A stretch of 64,000 nucleotides of DNA from an uncultured Chloroflexia bacterium (GTDB taxonomy: Bacteria; Chloroflexota; Limnocylindria; Limnocylindrales; CSP1-4): assembly GCA_963757595.1 (NCBI GenBank), contig CAVWRX010000005.1, positions 95,510-159,509 of the forward strand, given 5' to 3'. The translations under genes were made by a program, and so were the position numbers. Below are positions 62,891-64,000 of this stretch, piece after piece. The stretch's first letter is position 1, and each line of letters begins with the position of its first letter. The notes beneath the pieces were generated by a model. That model was not told where the DNA came from. It searched no databases and was given only the letters and a program-made list of their open reading frames with translations.

Positions 62891-63666
62891 CACGTGGCGC
62901 CGACCTCGGAGCGGCGGACCGACGTGAACTCGTTCCACAGCCATTGGAAATCCTCGGACACGATCCGAGGTGTGGTGCGAGTCGGCGGCACTGCGGGGGG
63001 CGCCAGGGTGATCCCGAGCGGTCCCAGGATCTCGCTCATCGCCGCTTGCCAGGCGGCGATGGCATCGGCCATCGGACGGACGAGGATCCCGGCGTCGAGG
63101 AGCGCGGCCTCGTCGGTGGGCGTCGCGAGGACCGTCGCGGCGTTTGCGGCGAGGTCCTCGAGCGCGGTGACGAACCTCTCACGGGCCTCGCCGCCGGCGC
63201 GGGCCAGGCGATCGGCCCACAGCGCCACGTGCATGACGTGGTAGCGCTCCTCGCGCCTGATCTTGGCAACCAGCTCGGCGAGCGGTGGCCAGCCCTCCCC
63301 GATCGAGGCGAGCCGGGCTTCGTCGGCCGTGTCGTAGAGGAAGCGCCGGGCCATCGTCACGGCCCAATCGCCGCGGCCATGGTCGAGCAGCGTCGCATGC
63401 CGGTACTCCTCGGGCTCGCGGTCGTAGGCGATGGCGTCGGCGTCGCGACCGTCATCGAGGAGGGTCGCGAGGAGCTCGTACAGGGCCCGCGCATGTCCGA
63501 GCTCGTCCTGGGCAATCGAAGAGATCGCGACGTCCTCCTCGAGGATCGGGGCGATCCCCGTCCATTCGGAATCCGAGAACCCGATGACGAACTCGTCGTC
63601 GGCCATGGACAGCACGAACGCGGCAGTCGCCGCGCGCACCTTCGGCCCGAGCAACGTGGCAGTCAC
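62887..63666 (-). CDS. paaC: Phenylacetyl-CoA epoxidase subunit PaaC
   Basis: MADDE......SEWTGIAP.LEEDVA.SSIAQDELGHA, KI.REE.YH. Confidence 0.92.
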   Translation of the reverse strand: MTATLLGPKVRAATAAFVLSMADDEFVIGFSDSEWTGIAPILEEDVAISSIAQDELGHARALYELLATLLDDGRDADAIAYDREPEEYRHATLLDHGRGDWAVTMARRFLYDTADEARLASIGEGWPPLAELVAKIRREERYHVMHVALWADRLARAGGEARERFVTALEDLAANAATVLATPTDEAALLDAGILVRPMADAIAAWQAAMSEILGPLGITLAPPAVPPTRTTPRIVSEDFQWLWNEFTSVRRSEVGATW

Positions 63667-64000
63667 TGCGTTGCCCCCGGATCACCGACCGCAACCCGTT
63701 CGACCTCGGCACTCGAGGCGTCGAGACCCACGACGGCCGTCGCACGGGCGTCCAGCGGCCACCAGGCGAGCCAATAGCCGTTCCCGACCGAGGCGACCAC
63801 GGTCTGGCCGCCCTCGAGCTCGACCAGAACGCTCACCACGGGTGCGGCGAGCCGGCCGCCGAGGTCGCGCGCATGCCCGGCGGCGACTCCGCCGCTGCTC
63901 TCGTCATCGATCGTGAGGCCCCCGGTCATCGCCTCGGGCAACGGACCACTACCGCCAACGGCTCCGCCCTCCGCACTCGAAACGAAGCAACTCCCGAACT
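63663..64000 (-). CDS. Hypothetical protein (probably truncated by the window edge)
   Basis: ASVGNGYWLAWWP beta-rich C-terminus; its stop overlaps the paaC start. Confidence 0.55.
   Translation of the reverse strand, partial: FGSCFVSSAEGGAVGGSGPLPEAMTGGLTIDDESSGGVAAGHARDLGGRLAAPVVSVLVELEGGQTVVASVGNGYWLAWWPLDARATAVVGLDASSAEVERVAVGDPGATQ

Overview
A very GC-rich bacterial chromosomal segment. Gene content and style suggest a Chloroflexota- or Actinomycetota-like organism, but that is inference only. About 65 genes are supported. Positions 0.2-16.6 kb form a GntR-associated catabolic/redox island: amidohydrolase, MFS, aldehyde dehydrogenase, ferredoxin plus P450, alpha/beta hydrolase, a solo DUF262 protein, two cupins, a xanthine-dehydrogenase-family Mo enzyme with CoxG, and a GMC oxidoreductase. 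Many genes at 4-25 kb carry frameshifts, most likely long-read indel errors. The rest is mixed housekeeping: pntAB, S10 peptidase, an RCK ion channel, YbaK, AlaX, a P1B ATPase-hemerythrin fusion, an AAA-LuxR regulator, an orphan DNA methyltransferase, an ATP-dependent ligase, an osmoprotectant ABC transporter, an IscA/ErpA-type carrier and part of a paa operon. The most notable items are: (1) a tRNA with a UAU anticodon (Ile), which is rare in bacteria; (2) an unannotated 32-aa hydrophobic ORF followed by two CCUCC-loop hairpins next to the AAA-LuxR gene; (3) a nuclease-less DUF262 gene translationally coupled inside the catabolic island; (4) a cysteine-free tandem rhodanese; (5) a channel with a non-canonical filter; (6) a MerR gene with a possible TipA-like internal start. 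No CRISPR array, rRNA, integrase or transposase was seen. Product names come from motif recognition, not database searches.
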